DNA of 64,000 nucleotides from Tubulanus polymorphus (taxonomy: Eukaryota; Animalia; Nemertea). Below the pieces are notes generated by a model. That model did not search any database. It saw nothing but the letters and a program-made list of their open reading frames with translations, and was not told the DNA's origin. The position numbers and the translations under genes are program-made. How positions within the stretch are numbered: position 1 is the first letter of the stretch; every line of letters starts with the position of its first letter. The stretch is taken from NCBI RefSeq assembly GCF_964204645.1, contig NC_134028.1, positions 13,439,263 through 13,503,262 on the forward strand. The letters run 5' to 3'. Shown one piece after another: positions 1 through 11,260 of this stretch.

Positions 1-693
1 GATAACATTTGCTCCTGTAAATGAAATTGTATTATCTAGCGTTAATAAAGATATGAGTTATAAATTATCGAATATATGTTTAGAATATGATACAGTAACT
101 GATGAAAATATTTCAAGTATAATTCAAACTAAATACAATCAAGGATTTTCATTATTATATGATTACATTGATAAATTTAAAACCGTAACTATTAATGCAA
201 ATGATGAAATAATTAATGAGAATATTAACTTCCCAAGAAGATCTATTAAAGGCATATTAATATTTTTTACCATTGCAACATATACTAATGGCGCAATAAA
301 TGTTGATAATTATTATAATCCTGAAATGACAAAAGTAGAAATAACTATCGAAGGAATAGCAAATAAATTATTTTGTCAAGGAATGAGAATGATTGATCAA
401 TGGCCAGAAATTAGAAAACATTGTATGAATGAAAAAGTAAAATCATCTGAAATTGTAACATTAATCAAATTGATTATTATACCGGCAATAGATATGCATT
501 ATGGTTAGATTTTAGAACAACAGAGGATAATTCACTACATGGTTCTGGAAAAAAATTACAAAACACTAAAGATGGAATACAATTATTCATGACAAAGAAT
601 AAAGGAATCAAAAATTTTAAAATGCACATTTATATTATATCTGACGCGCAATTAAATATTGTAAATTCTCAATTGAATAGTGTTATGTATTAA
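1..693 (+). pseudogene. Major capsid protein (double jelly-roll/hexon-like), C-terminal half, frameshifted near 450
   Basis: ORF 53..508 and its continuation match 39102..39743 and 19254..19565. It is beta-rich and lies in the Polinton structural block. Confidence 0.75.
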
Positions 694-725
694 AATTTTA
701 ACTTTAATAAAAATATATATAATAA

Positions 726-1490
726 ATGGAAGGAGGTAAAGTATATAAACATATTCCATACATCGATACACATGAAAATAATGACGGTTTATATTATGTA
801 ATACCTTGTAATATAGCTTTGATATTTGATCCTATTTTCAAAAATTATAAAACTAAACTAATAGATATCGATAATAATAAAAGTGAAGTTGTTGATAATT
901 TAAGTAATGTAATTGATAATAATGTAATACCTACTACAGTAATACCTACTACTTCTAATAATGTAATACATTCTACATCTAATAATGCAATAATATTAAA
1001 TGTTAGTAAAAGTAGAAATTATTGTGAATTATTGTAAAGGTGAATTTTCAAACGCTCCATCAAATTGGAATAAACATATGAATACAAATTCACATATTAC
1101 TAATGTTATAGAACGTGTTGGTTTAAAAGAATTTATAGAACACCCATTTAGATATGTTACAAAGTTTGTTTCAAATAAAAAAGTAAATGGTAAAGAATTA
1201 TATGAAGATTTTTTATTAGCAACACCTAATAAAGATGAATAAGATTTAACCGATGCTAATGAAATATTAGGATCAAACACTGTAAATGAAATATTAGTAG
1301 CAAACACTAATAAAGATTCTATGAAACATAAAGTAGAAAATAATGATAACTTTGATTGGATGAATAAGCATAACAATGAAACAACTATTGATGATTCGGT
1401 AAAAAAGGTGAAAAATAAGTATAAAAATTATGAAGAAAAGATACGGTAGAGAAATTGAATAGCTTGTTAGGGTCTGATAGTGAAAGTGAT
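726..1490 (+). pseudogene. Hypothetical Polinton protein with a C2H2-like Zn finger (fragmented homolog of 38161..39069)
   Basis: ORFs 726..1037 and 1000..1242 align with the intact 302-aa ORF in copy C (YCxxCKGEF...H...H). Confidence 0.7.
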
Positions 1491-2350
1491 TCAGAAAGTA
1501 ATTATCTAACACTCAAAAAGTAATAAAGGTTGAAAATTGTATAAAATAATAGTAAATAAAAAAGGGGGTTTTAAGTATTTAAGGTATCTAATAGGGTATC
1601 AGGTATTAGGGTATCAGGTATTAGGGTATCTAATGGGGTATCAGGTATTGGGGTATCTAATACATAGATATATAAATAGTTATTTTATAAATTTATATTC
1701 ATAGGGAAATTGTAGTCTCAGTAATAATTTTGAACCTTTATTATTCTTTAATTTATTCATATATTCATCATCTAATTCAGTAGGTATAATTTGATTTTCT
1801 TCCAATGATTGTTGCATAGATTTTTTATCTTTGTTATAAAATAAAACTAGAAATCTTATATTCTCCCTAAAGTCTTTAACAATTGAATTATATTTTTATG
1901 AAGAAAAGATACGGTAGAGAAATTGAATAGCTTGTTAGGGTCTGATAGTGAAAGTGATTCAGAAAGTAATTATCTAACACTCAAAAAGTAATAAAGGTTG
2001 AAAATTGTATAAAATAATAGTAAATAAAAAAGGGGGTTTTAAGTATTTAAGGTATCTAATAGGGTATCAGGTATTAGGGTATCTAATGGGGTATCAGGTA
2101 TTGGGGTATCTAATACATAGATATATAAATAGTTATTTTATAAATTTATATTCATAGGGAAATTGTAGTCTCAGTAATAATTTTGAACCTTTATTATTCT
2201 TTAATTTATTCATATATTCATCATCTAATTCAGTAGGTATAATTTGATTTTCTTCCAATGATTGTTGCATAGATTTTTTATCTTTGTTATAAAATAAAAC
2301 TAGAAATCTTATATTCTCCCTAAAGTCTTTAACAATTGAATTATATTTTT
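1429..2350. repeat. Tandem duplication (~468 + ~453 bp) containing GGGTATC/GTATTA short repeats and the ATPase 3' end
   Basis: TATGAAGAAAAGATACGG starts at ~1429 and again at ~1897. The second copy has one fewer 15-bp GGGTATCAGGTATTA unit. Confidence 0.9.
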
Positions 2351-2744
2351 GATTTAAAACCCATGTTGTTATCCCGAAATGTCTCCCAGAGAAAGCTAAA
2401 TAACATAACTCACTTTCTCTCACTTTTGAATCATGTAAATTGGCGCAATCATCTATAATGAATAATGTATTTGATCCGTTATAAGTATCAATTGCTATTT
2501 TAATACAATTATCTAAATTTTCTTTTACTGTTTTAGGATCTAATATAATAAACTTTTTCATCTTAACTATGTCTCTATTATATGTTTTATTCATTTCATA
2601 AGTAGGACAGAATAATATTATATTATCAAAATGATTCTTATAAATAGTTTCTAACAAGTCTAATATGAAATGTGTTTTACCACAATTGGTTACTCCAGTA
2701 ACTAACATATTATGTGGTTCAAATATAAATAAATCTTTATTCAT
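2133..2744 (-). CDS. A32/FtsK-HerA family genome packaging ATPase
   Basis: Walker A GVTNCGKT, Walker B FIIDD, GRH arginine-finger motif, and NQ sensor. Confidence 0.92.
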   Translation of the reverse strand: MNKDLFIFEPHNMLVTGVTNCGKTHFILDLLETIYKNHFDNIILFCPTYEMNKTYNRDIVKMKKFIILDPKTVKENLDNCIKIAIDTYNGSNTLFIIDDCANLHDSKVRESELCYLAFSGRHFGITTWVLNQKYNSIVKDFRENIRFLVLFYNKDKKSMQQSLEENQIIPTELDDEYMNKLKNNKGSKLLLRLQFPYEYKFIK

Positions 2745-3849
2745 TTATTCTTTTAATTTTACTAGATAAAATCCATTCATTAAATTTATCATCATATCCT
2801 TTATATTTCACCAAAGAATACTTTTTTCCTTTAAGAGTTTTTGTTTTCAATACTTTTTCTATTTTGTATTCTATTTCATCTGGATTTGGTACAAGTGATA
2901 ATTCTTGTTCGTAGAAATAACCTAATATTTCTTCATCTTTTAGATCTTCTAATTTATAAACAAATGGTTTAGTTAATATTATCTTTTTAATCTTGAATAT
3001 TTCTTCTGTAAAATTAGGGGTATAACCTTTATAAAAGGTTTTTCTATATTTAGATATTCTAACGTGTTGTCTAATTTTAAATTTAGGTTCACCGAAATCA
3101 TGTGTGACAAATGCTCCATATAAATTATTCCAAACTATTTCTGAATTATCTTGTTTTCTAGCTGGTATAGGTTTCATATTTATAGAACTATGTTTAGAAT
3201 TATTATAACCTTTCACTAAATCATCTAACACATCGATATATTTATATGTTTCATTAGCAGTAAAGTATTTCCACATTCTAGTTTTCAATGTTTTATTAAA
3301 TCTTTCTATAATAGATGCTTTTTTATCTGAGTGGGTTGAAAAATAGTCTACATCGTTATCAGATAATAGTTTTTTAGAATGTTTGTTATAAAATTCCTTA
3401 CCTTCATCAAATTGTATCTTATCTGGAATAGCTTCTTTAAATATAGATTTAAAGGCATTTGTTACTTCTATACCAGTTTTATTTTTGATTGGAATTGACC
3501 ATGCGTATCTACTGAATATGTCTATAACATTAAGTATCCAGAAATATCCTTTGTTGTATTCCTCTAAGTTCTTCATGTCAATTAAATCTGCTTGCCATTG
3601 TTGATCGATATATGAAACCATAACTTTTCTTGTTAAATAAGTTTTATCCATTTTCTTGTGGATTTGATATGTTGGTTGATTTTGTAACCATGATTTTAAT
3701 TCACTATATTTTATACCACCATGTGGGTGCCATACGGCACCATCACCATTATCAGATTTAATTTTATTCCATAATTCTGAAACGTTAGAATATGATAGTT
3801 CACTTTCTGGGTTATAATATAAATCTCTTAAATATTGTTCTTTTTTCAT
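2737..3849 (-). CDS. Retroviral-like (RVE, DDE) integrase with C-terminal chromodomain
   Basis: WQADLIDM, IDIFSRYAW, FDEGKEF and ERFNKTLK motifs; C-terminal YKIEKVL...VKYKGYDDKFNEWI chromodomain. Confidence 0.95.
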   Translation of the reverse strand: MKKEQYLRDLYYNPESELSYSNVSELWNKIKSDNGDGAVWHPHGGIKYSELKSWLQNQPTYQIHKKMDKTYLTRKVMVSYIDQQWQADLIDMKNLEEYNKGYFWILNVIDIFSRYAWSIPIKNKTGIEVTNAFKSIFKEAIPDKIQFDEGKEFYNKHSKKLLSDNDVDYFSTHSDKKASIIERFNKTLKTRMWKYFTANETYKYIDVLDDLVKGYNNSKHSSINMKPIPARKQDNSEIVWNNLYGAFVTHDFGEPKFKIRQHVRISKYRKTFYKGYTPNFTEEIFKIKKIILTKPFVYKLEDLKDEEILGYFYEQELSLVPNPDEIEYKIEKVLKTKTLKGKKYSLVKYKGYDDKFNEWILSSKIKRINE

Positions 3850-3855
3850 TCTATT

Positions 3856-4245
3856 TTAATCCATTAATAATAATTTAGATTTAGTTTCAATGGCTTTATG
3901 ATTTGACTTATCTTCTGGTATGATAGGTTTACTGTCTGTACACGGATAACTAAGTTTCCGATTGTCATTGGAATCATCTTTATCATTAGATTTGAATTTT
4001 GATTTATATATTACACCGGATAATATAATAACTGTTACTAATCCAATTGTAATATATAATTTATAATTACTTCCAGCATTAGAAGAATCAGGTGGATTAT
4101 TATTTGAATCAATATCAGATAATTCATTTATGTCAGTTAATTTCTTTTTCTTAGCTTTTTTTAATTCTGAAGATCTTTTACCTAATTCTCTTGCCCATTT
4201 AATTTGTTTCTCGGATCTAGCCTTTTTCTTAACTCCATCACTCAT
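3856..4245 (-). CDS. Small Polinton protein with basic N-terminus and a single TM helix
   Basis: Hydrophobic LYITIGLVTVIILSGVIY segment; homologs at 34921..35289 and 16265..16660. Confidence 0.75.
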   Translation of the reverse strand: MSDGVKKKARSEKQIKWARELGKRSSELKKAKKKKLTDINELSDIDSNNNPPDSSNAGSNYKLYITIGLVTVIILSGVIYKSKFKSNDKDDSNDNRKLSYPCTDSKPIIPEDKSNHKAIETKSKLLLMD

Positions 4246-4846
4246 TTATTTTAGTTAATTTTTGTTCTGATTCATTTTCTGTTTCGACGTCTGGTTGTAG
4301 TACATCTGTTTCGTTCTTACCTGATTTATATTCCATAGGTTTGATGTTCGAAAATGTTATGACGCCAGTAGAAATTAATGTCATTACCGATCCTAGTTGA
4401 AATGAAGCATATCCAACCCATTTTTGTAATTCAGTCATAACTAAGTAGTCATTTTTCAAATCACTATATAATTTATTTTCATCATCAATTGGTATTAACT
4501 GGTTACATAACTTAGAATAACATTTGACAATACCATTCGAAATAGAATCATTTATTTTAGCTAATCTTGCCTCTTCATAAATCTTAAAATATTTTATTAC
4601 TTTATCTGGTTTCATAGCATCTAATTCTTGAAAAGTTATAATTTTTCCCAAGAAATCCTTAGATTTCCCTCCAGCAATCAATAGTTCAAGATGATGCTTA
4701 CAATATAAATAGTATTCATAATCTATATTACAATTAACTTGAATATTATTTTCAATTTTGGCCGGAATATCCTTATTATCGCTAATGCCCAAATCATCTA
4801 ATGTCTTTTCAATATCAATACTATTCTTATTAGATTTCTTTGACAT
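4238..4846 (-). CDS. Conserved hypothetical Polinton protein
   Basis: Intact 202-aa ORF with homologs in copies B and C and a TAAATG start. Confidence 0.75.
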   Translation of the reverse strand: MSKKSNKNSIDIEKTLDDLGISDNKDIPAKIENNIQVNCNIDYEYYLYCKHHLELLIAGGKSKDFLGKIITFQELDAMKPDKVIKYFKIYEEARLAKINDSISNGIVKCYSKLCNQLIPIDDENKLYSDLKNDYLVMTELQKWVGYASFQLGSVMTLISTGVITFSNIKPMEYKSGKNETDVLQPDVETENESEQKLTKINE

Positions 4847-5094
4847 TTATATTAGAGAAAAAAAGCAAAAAAAATATTATAAGTATTATAAAATGATACT
4901 AGCTTGTTAAAACTAAAGAATTCTCGTATTGACTACTGATACTAGCTATTTGAACTTAAAGAATTTCTATTTGAATCTATTCAAAATATAAAGTATTCTC
5001 TTTTTAAAAAGAAAGTATTAAAAAAACAATAACTAATACTAGCTAGTTGAAGATATGTAATTTTTAATACTTTTTATTTAAATTCTATTATTCT

Positions 5095-5763
5095 TTAACC
5101 ACTCATTAAAGACTCAACATATTGTTCATTATTTGGATTATTGTTCCATTGATCAATAAATTTCTTTGCCTTTGTTAACTGTTCTAAATATAACTGTAAA
5201 TCTAGTTTATTAGATTTAATTATGTTTTCCTTCTTTTCTAAAGGTCTTAAATTCTTCCAATTCCAAATAAGTTTTTTATTGTATTCATCATTCATGTTAA
5301 ATTTAGATATTGGTAACACGTGATCAATATGGTAATAATCCCCATAATTATCTATATTTATTTTATCATCGAATTGATATATTATCCATGATTTTAAGAA
5401 TTCATCTGAGCAACCCAATAAATTAGATAGTGTTTCTGAATGTGTTTCTTTGTTGAATAATTGTGTTAATCTAGTCCTTAAGCATTGTTTCAATCTAAAA
5501 TTAAGATCTGTTTTATATTTTTCTCTCATATATTCTGCCATATAATAATTATAATGTTCTATATTATCTTCTCGGTATTGTTTGGTATATAGTTTAAAAC
5601 AAGTTTTACAGCAATATTGAAAACCATCTTTGCTAATCTTACGCTTACTAAATTCTGTTGAAGCTAATTTATCTAATTCACATTTAGAACACTTCTTGTA
5701 GTATATGTTTATAACGCCAGTGTTATTTGTAATATTGATAATTTGTGGTTGTTCTGGTTCCAT
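5095..5763 (-). CDS. HNH endonuclease with N-terminal Zn ribbon (phage/giant-virus type)
   Basis: KKCSKC...CCKTC, HIDHVLPISKF and NLRPLEKKENIIKSNK motifs. Confidence 0.8.
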   Translation of the reverse strand: MEPEQPQIINITNNTGVINIYYKKCSKCELDKLASTEFSKRKISKDGFQYCCKTCFKLYTKQYREDNIEHYNYYMAEYMREKYKTDLNFRLKQCLRTRLTQLFNKETHSETLSNLLGCSDEFLKSWIIYQFDDKINIDNYGDYYHIDHVLPISKFNMNDEYNKKLIWNWKNLRPLEKKENIIKSNKLDLQLYLEQLTKAKKFIDQWNNNPNNEQYVESLMSG

Positions 5764-6779
5764 TTATTATACGTATTTTTTTACTAAATTGGTTAATATT
5801 TTAGAATCCTCTTCCATTTCTTCGACCAACGTCATCCTTTTTCATTCCTCGCTGCTTTTGATAAGTTGTTTCGATTCCCTGATATCTAAATAATACCAGT
5901 GGGTAAAAGCGCGTATTCGTGCGCGGTTTTGCTTAATGCGCATGCGTTAATCATAATTATATATTCATTCTATAAATTCTGTAAAATAGAAACAACCGAA
6001 CACAGAAAATATCAAAACGTGTTCGCATTAGGCAAACCGCGCATTCATGCGCGCTTTTGCTTAACGCGCATGCGCTAATTATAATTGAAACGAATCATTA
6101 TTGAAACGACTGAACATAAAAATTCACCAAGTAGATTTACACAATACATATACAAGTATGTTCAGTCGTTTCTTCCAATACATCATTTGATTTCTATAAA
6201 TACAATTTATAATTACAAACATTTTTTCAATTGCTGGTAAATATTTAATTATATCAACAAATGTTAAACTTAATCATTGGAGTCTTAATGTTTTTGAAAT
6301 TCTTATATAGTTTCTTCGTCGATCTTTTGGTGATTCTATTGGTTTAATATCCATTGCTGTTGATTCCTCAGTCAGAAAGAGTATCTTGAGTTTCTCTATC
6401 ACTTCTTGATGCGTATGGCGTTTTATTAATCTAAAAGATATTAGCGGCAACTCTAGCCATCTAAAAGATATACTAAATACACTTAAATATATCTAAAGGT
6501 TTCATATTTAATAGCCCTAATAACTACAACAAACAGTACTTACATTTAGATTTATAATTGTAAACTATAAACTCCTAATTTCGTTTCGAAAGATAGAATA
6601 TCCTGAGCACAATGTTACGGCGTATGTTCATTTCTTGCCACGTCATCTGGTTCCGGTTCTAGAGTGTTCTCTGCACGTTTGCAATAATGATTCATAAGTC
6701 TCGGCGTCATAGTAACAGCTGTAACAGCTGTGAATTTATAGATTTATTCCATAGCTCTGTACATTGAATGTATATAGGT

Positions 6780-7031
6780 TCAAATAGAATCATGTTCTAG
6801 TAAAAATATCGGATCCTTGATATCAAATTCCTCAACGTATTGTTCATTATTTGGATCATTATTCCATAATTCAATAAATTTCTTTGCCTTTGTTAACTGT
6901 TCTGAATATAACTGTAAATATTCTAGTTTCAATTTATTCTCTAAATGTGTTTTAGTTTTATTGTGTCTTGCTTTTTGGGATTTATCTATATTGATTTTAC
7001 ATGTTGGACAGTAGTACTTATTTGCTTCCAT
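6780..7031 (-). pseudogene. Deletion chimera: pPolB N-terminal Zn finger joined to an HNH gene tail
   Basis: The first 38 aa are nearly identical to 48111+ (MEANKYYC). The rest matches the C-terminus of 5095..5763 (LQLY.EQLTKAKKF). Confidence 0.8.
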
Positions 7032-7079
7032 TTTAATAATAAAATTTTTATTAAAATTGATTTTAAAAGTTCAATGATT

Positions 7080-7515
7080 TAAATGTTATTCATTTATATG
7101 AATATTTTAAGAGTAATAGGGGTAATGGGCTTTCGGGTTAAAGGTTGAATGGTCGAGTTCATTAAAAACAAATATTAAAAGTAATTTAAAACTATAATAT
7201 ATTTTCATAACCGTGTGTATTTCAGTTGAATAATAGAATAATTATTATTATTTGAATATATTTGATTATATGAATTTGTGTATTGTAAATAAATCAATTG
7301 GTCGCGGAGCGGAGCGGTAGCGAAGTGGAGCGACCAATTGATTTAATACAATATGCTTTTTAAATTATTGATATCTTAGTATAAATATTTAGTTATAATA
7401 TAAAATGCACACGGTTATGAAAATATATTATAGTTTTTAATTACTTTTAATGTTTTGTTTTTTAATGAGCTCGACCGTTCGACCTTTGATCTGAAAGCCC
7501 ATTACCCCTATTACT
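7080..7515. repeat. Terminal inverted repeat of copy A; 7112-7515 is itself a palindrome
   Basis: AGTAATAGGGGTAATGGGCTTTC at 7112 with its reverse complement ending at 7515. It matches 32761-33142 in inverted orientation and 46090-46425 directly. Confidence 0.9.
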
Positions 7516-8552
7516 CTGAACAAAGAAGATATCATATCGTATTATATATACATGAATAGATGGAATGATAATGTAGTAGTTTTAAATGTTTCGTAGCTGC
7601 TGTCCACTGACCACAGATCAAAGCTAATTGCCTGATATGAAATATATTTTTGTTATATATTTTATAGAGATGTAGTAGATCAGTGAGAATTCAAACTTAT
7701 GGTTAATTTTGAGTGATCACAACGCTAACCAATAGAGAAAGCTGTAAGGCCTAAGAAAAGATGCATTAAGTATAACATATCTTTCAATATATGATGAAGT
7801 ATTCAACTGGCCATCTGATCACATCAACAATAGTTTGACTTATTGAAAAATACCGGAGTGTTAATAGGAAAACCTTGAATTCGAAACAATTCCACACTCA
7901 ATCGTTTACTTTGAAAACACAATTTGCATTTTGTGGACATGTATTTTTTTCTGCACCAAAAGCATGAAGTATATTATCTTTGCTTGTAAAAATTTGAAAT
8001 TTTGGGGAAGATTTTTGGCCTCGTTAACCTGTGAGCACGTCCTTCATATATTTTCTAAGACCGACCCTTGAAATAATGCTGAGAGTTTCGAGGATAATTT
8101 TGGTAGGATGTAAACTTTGGCTGCTTCGTATCCGTGGAGGGTTGCTAATTATTGATTCTATACACAATAATCATAAGTACCATGAGATTCGATAGAATAT
8201 CGTTTTTCAATCATACGTACACGAATTATCGCGATATAAAGATAAATAATATGTTCATATATTTTTTACGTCTTATACTTTTTACGTCTTATACTTATAT
8301 TTCTTTAGTAGTATAAATAAAGAGGGGATCAGCAGGCCACCTGAGACCATTCCACGATCTAAGGTCAGTTGCCAAAAGTTAGTAAGTTTACCAGTGGATA
8401 GTTAACATTTATAATGACGATTAAATTTTCATTGCTAAAATAACTTTGTACTTGTTGACTCAATTCAAAAAGATTATCTCTAGTGAGAGATCGAACGTTG
8501 TGTCGTAATTTTCTAATGATAAAACATGGTTTGAAATTTGAAATGTGTACAT
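7516..8552 (+). repeat. ~1-kb interspersed repeat or segmental duplication, copy 1
   Basis: Near-identical to 14388-15441. Confidence 0.9.
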
Positions 8553-11260
8553 AGTTGATATTTTTCAGTGTATTTAGTCATGTATCATATTGGATGATGG
8601 TTAATTTAAACTATCTTTTGAGAAACGGGTCCCAGAGCTGTATCCTTTACTCCTGTAATAGAGGATGCAATCTATTTGCGACAAACAGCTAGTGCAAATA
8701 GCTAGGAAAGGTAACAATAGTGCATTGGGAAACTTAGAGCAAGCGTACATTGGTTGTGCAGGTTTTTCGAAGAGGAGAATTTGTTGGAAAATTAATCATT
8801 ACTGAGATATATCCGTGGCGAGCTTTTCCAGGGATTTAAAAAGTTGAGCTGTACACAAGGAATTTTGTGTAGTCCAATATCCGTGATTACCTCTGGCGTG
8901 GAGAGATACAATCTAAAACCAACCCTAGAGTAAAATATTTTACCACAATTTTTTATGATCAATAAAAATATTGAGTAATAGACATTCAAATAGTATTATC
9001 TAAATTCCACTCCATTTTAAACTCATTCATCTCTACACAAACTCCAACTTGTTGAACAGTCCACATTAGAATTAGGGACTACTATTCTTGCTCATCTACA
9101 CTGGCTACCAATCTAACAAAGGATTAAATTTGAGTGTTTGATGTTATAACAATACCAGACTGAGTTATGGATTCGGTTTCTTCTTTTTAATTGAATATTT
9201 ATATCACATATTGGGCATCATTTTTACCAGTATATATGGAATAACCTATCCATATATCATGTTCAATTTTATATAATCTGACTTTTGAGATGTCATTCAA
9301 TCAATGCATTCACACGCGGCCGTCGCTTTCAATAGCCACCACGGACTGGGTCCTTGTTATTTCTTTGGTGATACCATTGGCGGACGATTCCACACGTTTC
9401 TTGCTCCAGCCCTAGAATGCTCAATATTCGCCATGAACACCGATTTGAGTTTAAATTCAAAATACTCCTAAAACACACCTGTTAACTAGATTACTCTAAA
9501 ACACCTTTATGTGCAAGAATCAGTGAAATTGGCGCTTTATCAGTTGTATTCATCATTCGTACCCACGAATCTCGTATCGTATCCTATGAATGTGGAGACC
9601 CATCCTCGTAAAGTGAATGAATAGGCTCTGTTGCGTTCATAATCATTTGATATGAGGCTACGTGTCATCTTCAATTGAAATCACGTTGTTTTTTTCAAGG
9701 GTGGGCGAGAATATATTCTTATGTTTTTGTTTCTCTGAATGTTGCTATTTAAGAGTTCAATAATTTCAGTCTACCAAACAAAGAATTTTCCGTATGTTTC
9801 GTGACATGTTTTTCCATAACCCTAGGAGAGAATTTTAGGTATTTTTTGCGGATGACCGAAAGCTGCTGTCCCTTTCTAGTAATTTGATGATATCCGTCGA
9901 AATCTAAATTCTAAAAAGGAATCAGGCATATCTTCCTGTTTGACTAAATATGAACTCAACAACAAGTGACACTCCCTTCAAAGGCACCGAAGTAAAATCA
10001 TGTGCCGAGTGGAGATGATATTGTGTCAGAATTTCTTCAAAATCGGAGAAAATTGAATATTTTGAAAATAATCATTTTACATGTATGTTTAAATCCGTTA
10101 TAACTGGAGCAATTTTCATGAAAAAATATCTATGGAATCAGCGAAATGTAATTAAGAAAAATACTATGTTTAAAAAGTTATCAAAGACATTTGAAAAAAG
10201 TTTTCTGAATTCGTCAACTGTTAAACTAGTAACAACCAGATGTGTTCCCATTAAACCACCGACCGCGAGCCGAGTCGATGTGAGATGTGCCCTACACTGA
10301 AAATCTCAAGTGCTATACAACCGGTTTTTTAGGTGCCTCTGAATGTCGGCCGTTAAAAAACTGAACAGTTCCCATTTGGAAAGGGCCTACGTAGTTAGAG
10401 AAAATTCAAGATGTGTATAACGTGTGATACAGGCTCCATATTTCATGTGTGTTTGGAATTTAACCTTGTTTATAACGAAACACGCATGTATTTATGCTAT
10501 TTTAGACTTAAAAAGAGCGCACGAAAGTGTTTCATGAGACCCGCAAATAACGTCAAGTTATTCATGCATTTTTGATTTATATGAATAAATTTCGCTTCGA
10601 AATCTTTAAATTTCTCAGGTGGATTATTCAATAAATTCACAACAGTCCATTATGGTTTAGTTTGATGCCAATCGTTCTTTTAAAGATCTTTCTTTCTCGA
10701 AGAAAGATTTTCTTGAAAACTTTGATTATGGCGAATCTTTTATGTGTCCGATAGTTAAACCTTCCGGTATTATACTAGAACACAAATTTTTTAAGATATT
10801 CATAACATACTGAAGGATATCACAGTTTATACCCGAAGATATGCAGTTGGATAGATATTTTTGTTTCGACTCGCATGCGACAGTAAAAACGGTACTTGAT
10901 ATAATAAGTGAACTTCATCATTGATATTTTCACTAATCTACTTGAATTCCAAAAAAAGAACTGACAATGAAAAAGGGTTACAGCTGTGACTGATATCACT
11001 CCAAATTTCAATTCCTATGAACACTTTTCATATAAAGAAAACTATTAACGAAACAGTTTTTAGAGGCGAAGAATCCGCGTTACCATCGAATTTTCAAAAC
11101 TTGAAGGAATGGTTAATGCCTCGGTGACCACTGGTCTAGTACGCGGTTTTCTGAAATGATATGGCCAAGTCTAAAGAACAACTATTGTATCACATGATTT
11201 CAAATGTTAGGAACCCAATGCGTTTAATGGTTTAATTGATTGGTATCGCGCAGATTGGTT

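Larger units (their letters stand above)
1..7515. mobile_element. Polinton/Maverick copy A (left part outside the window; right terminus at 7515)
   Basis: Contains MCP, ATPase, integrase and HNH genes. It ends in ...GAAAGCCCATTACCCCTATTACT (7515). The following CTGAACAAAGAAG is repeat DNA that also occurs, without a Polinton end before it, at 14388. Confidence 0.9.
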
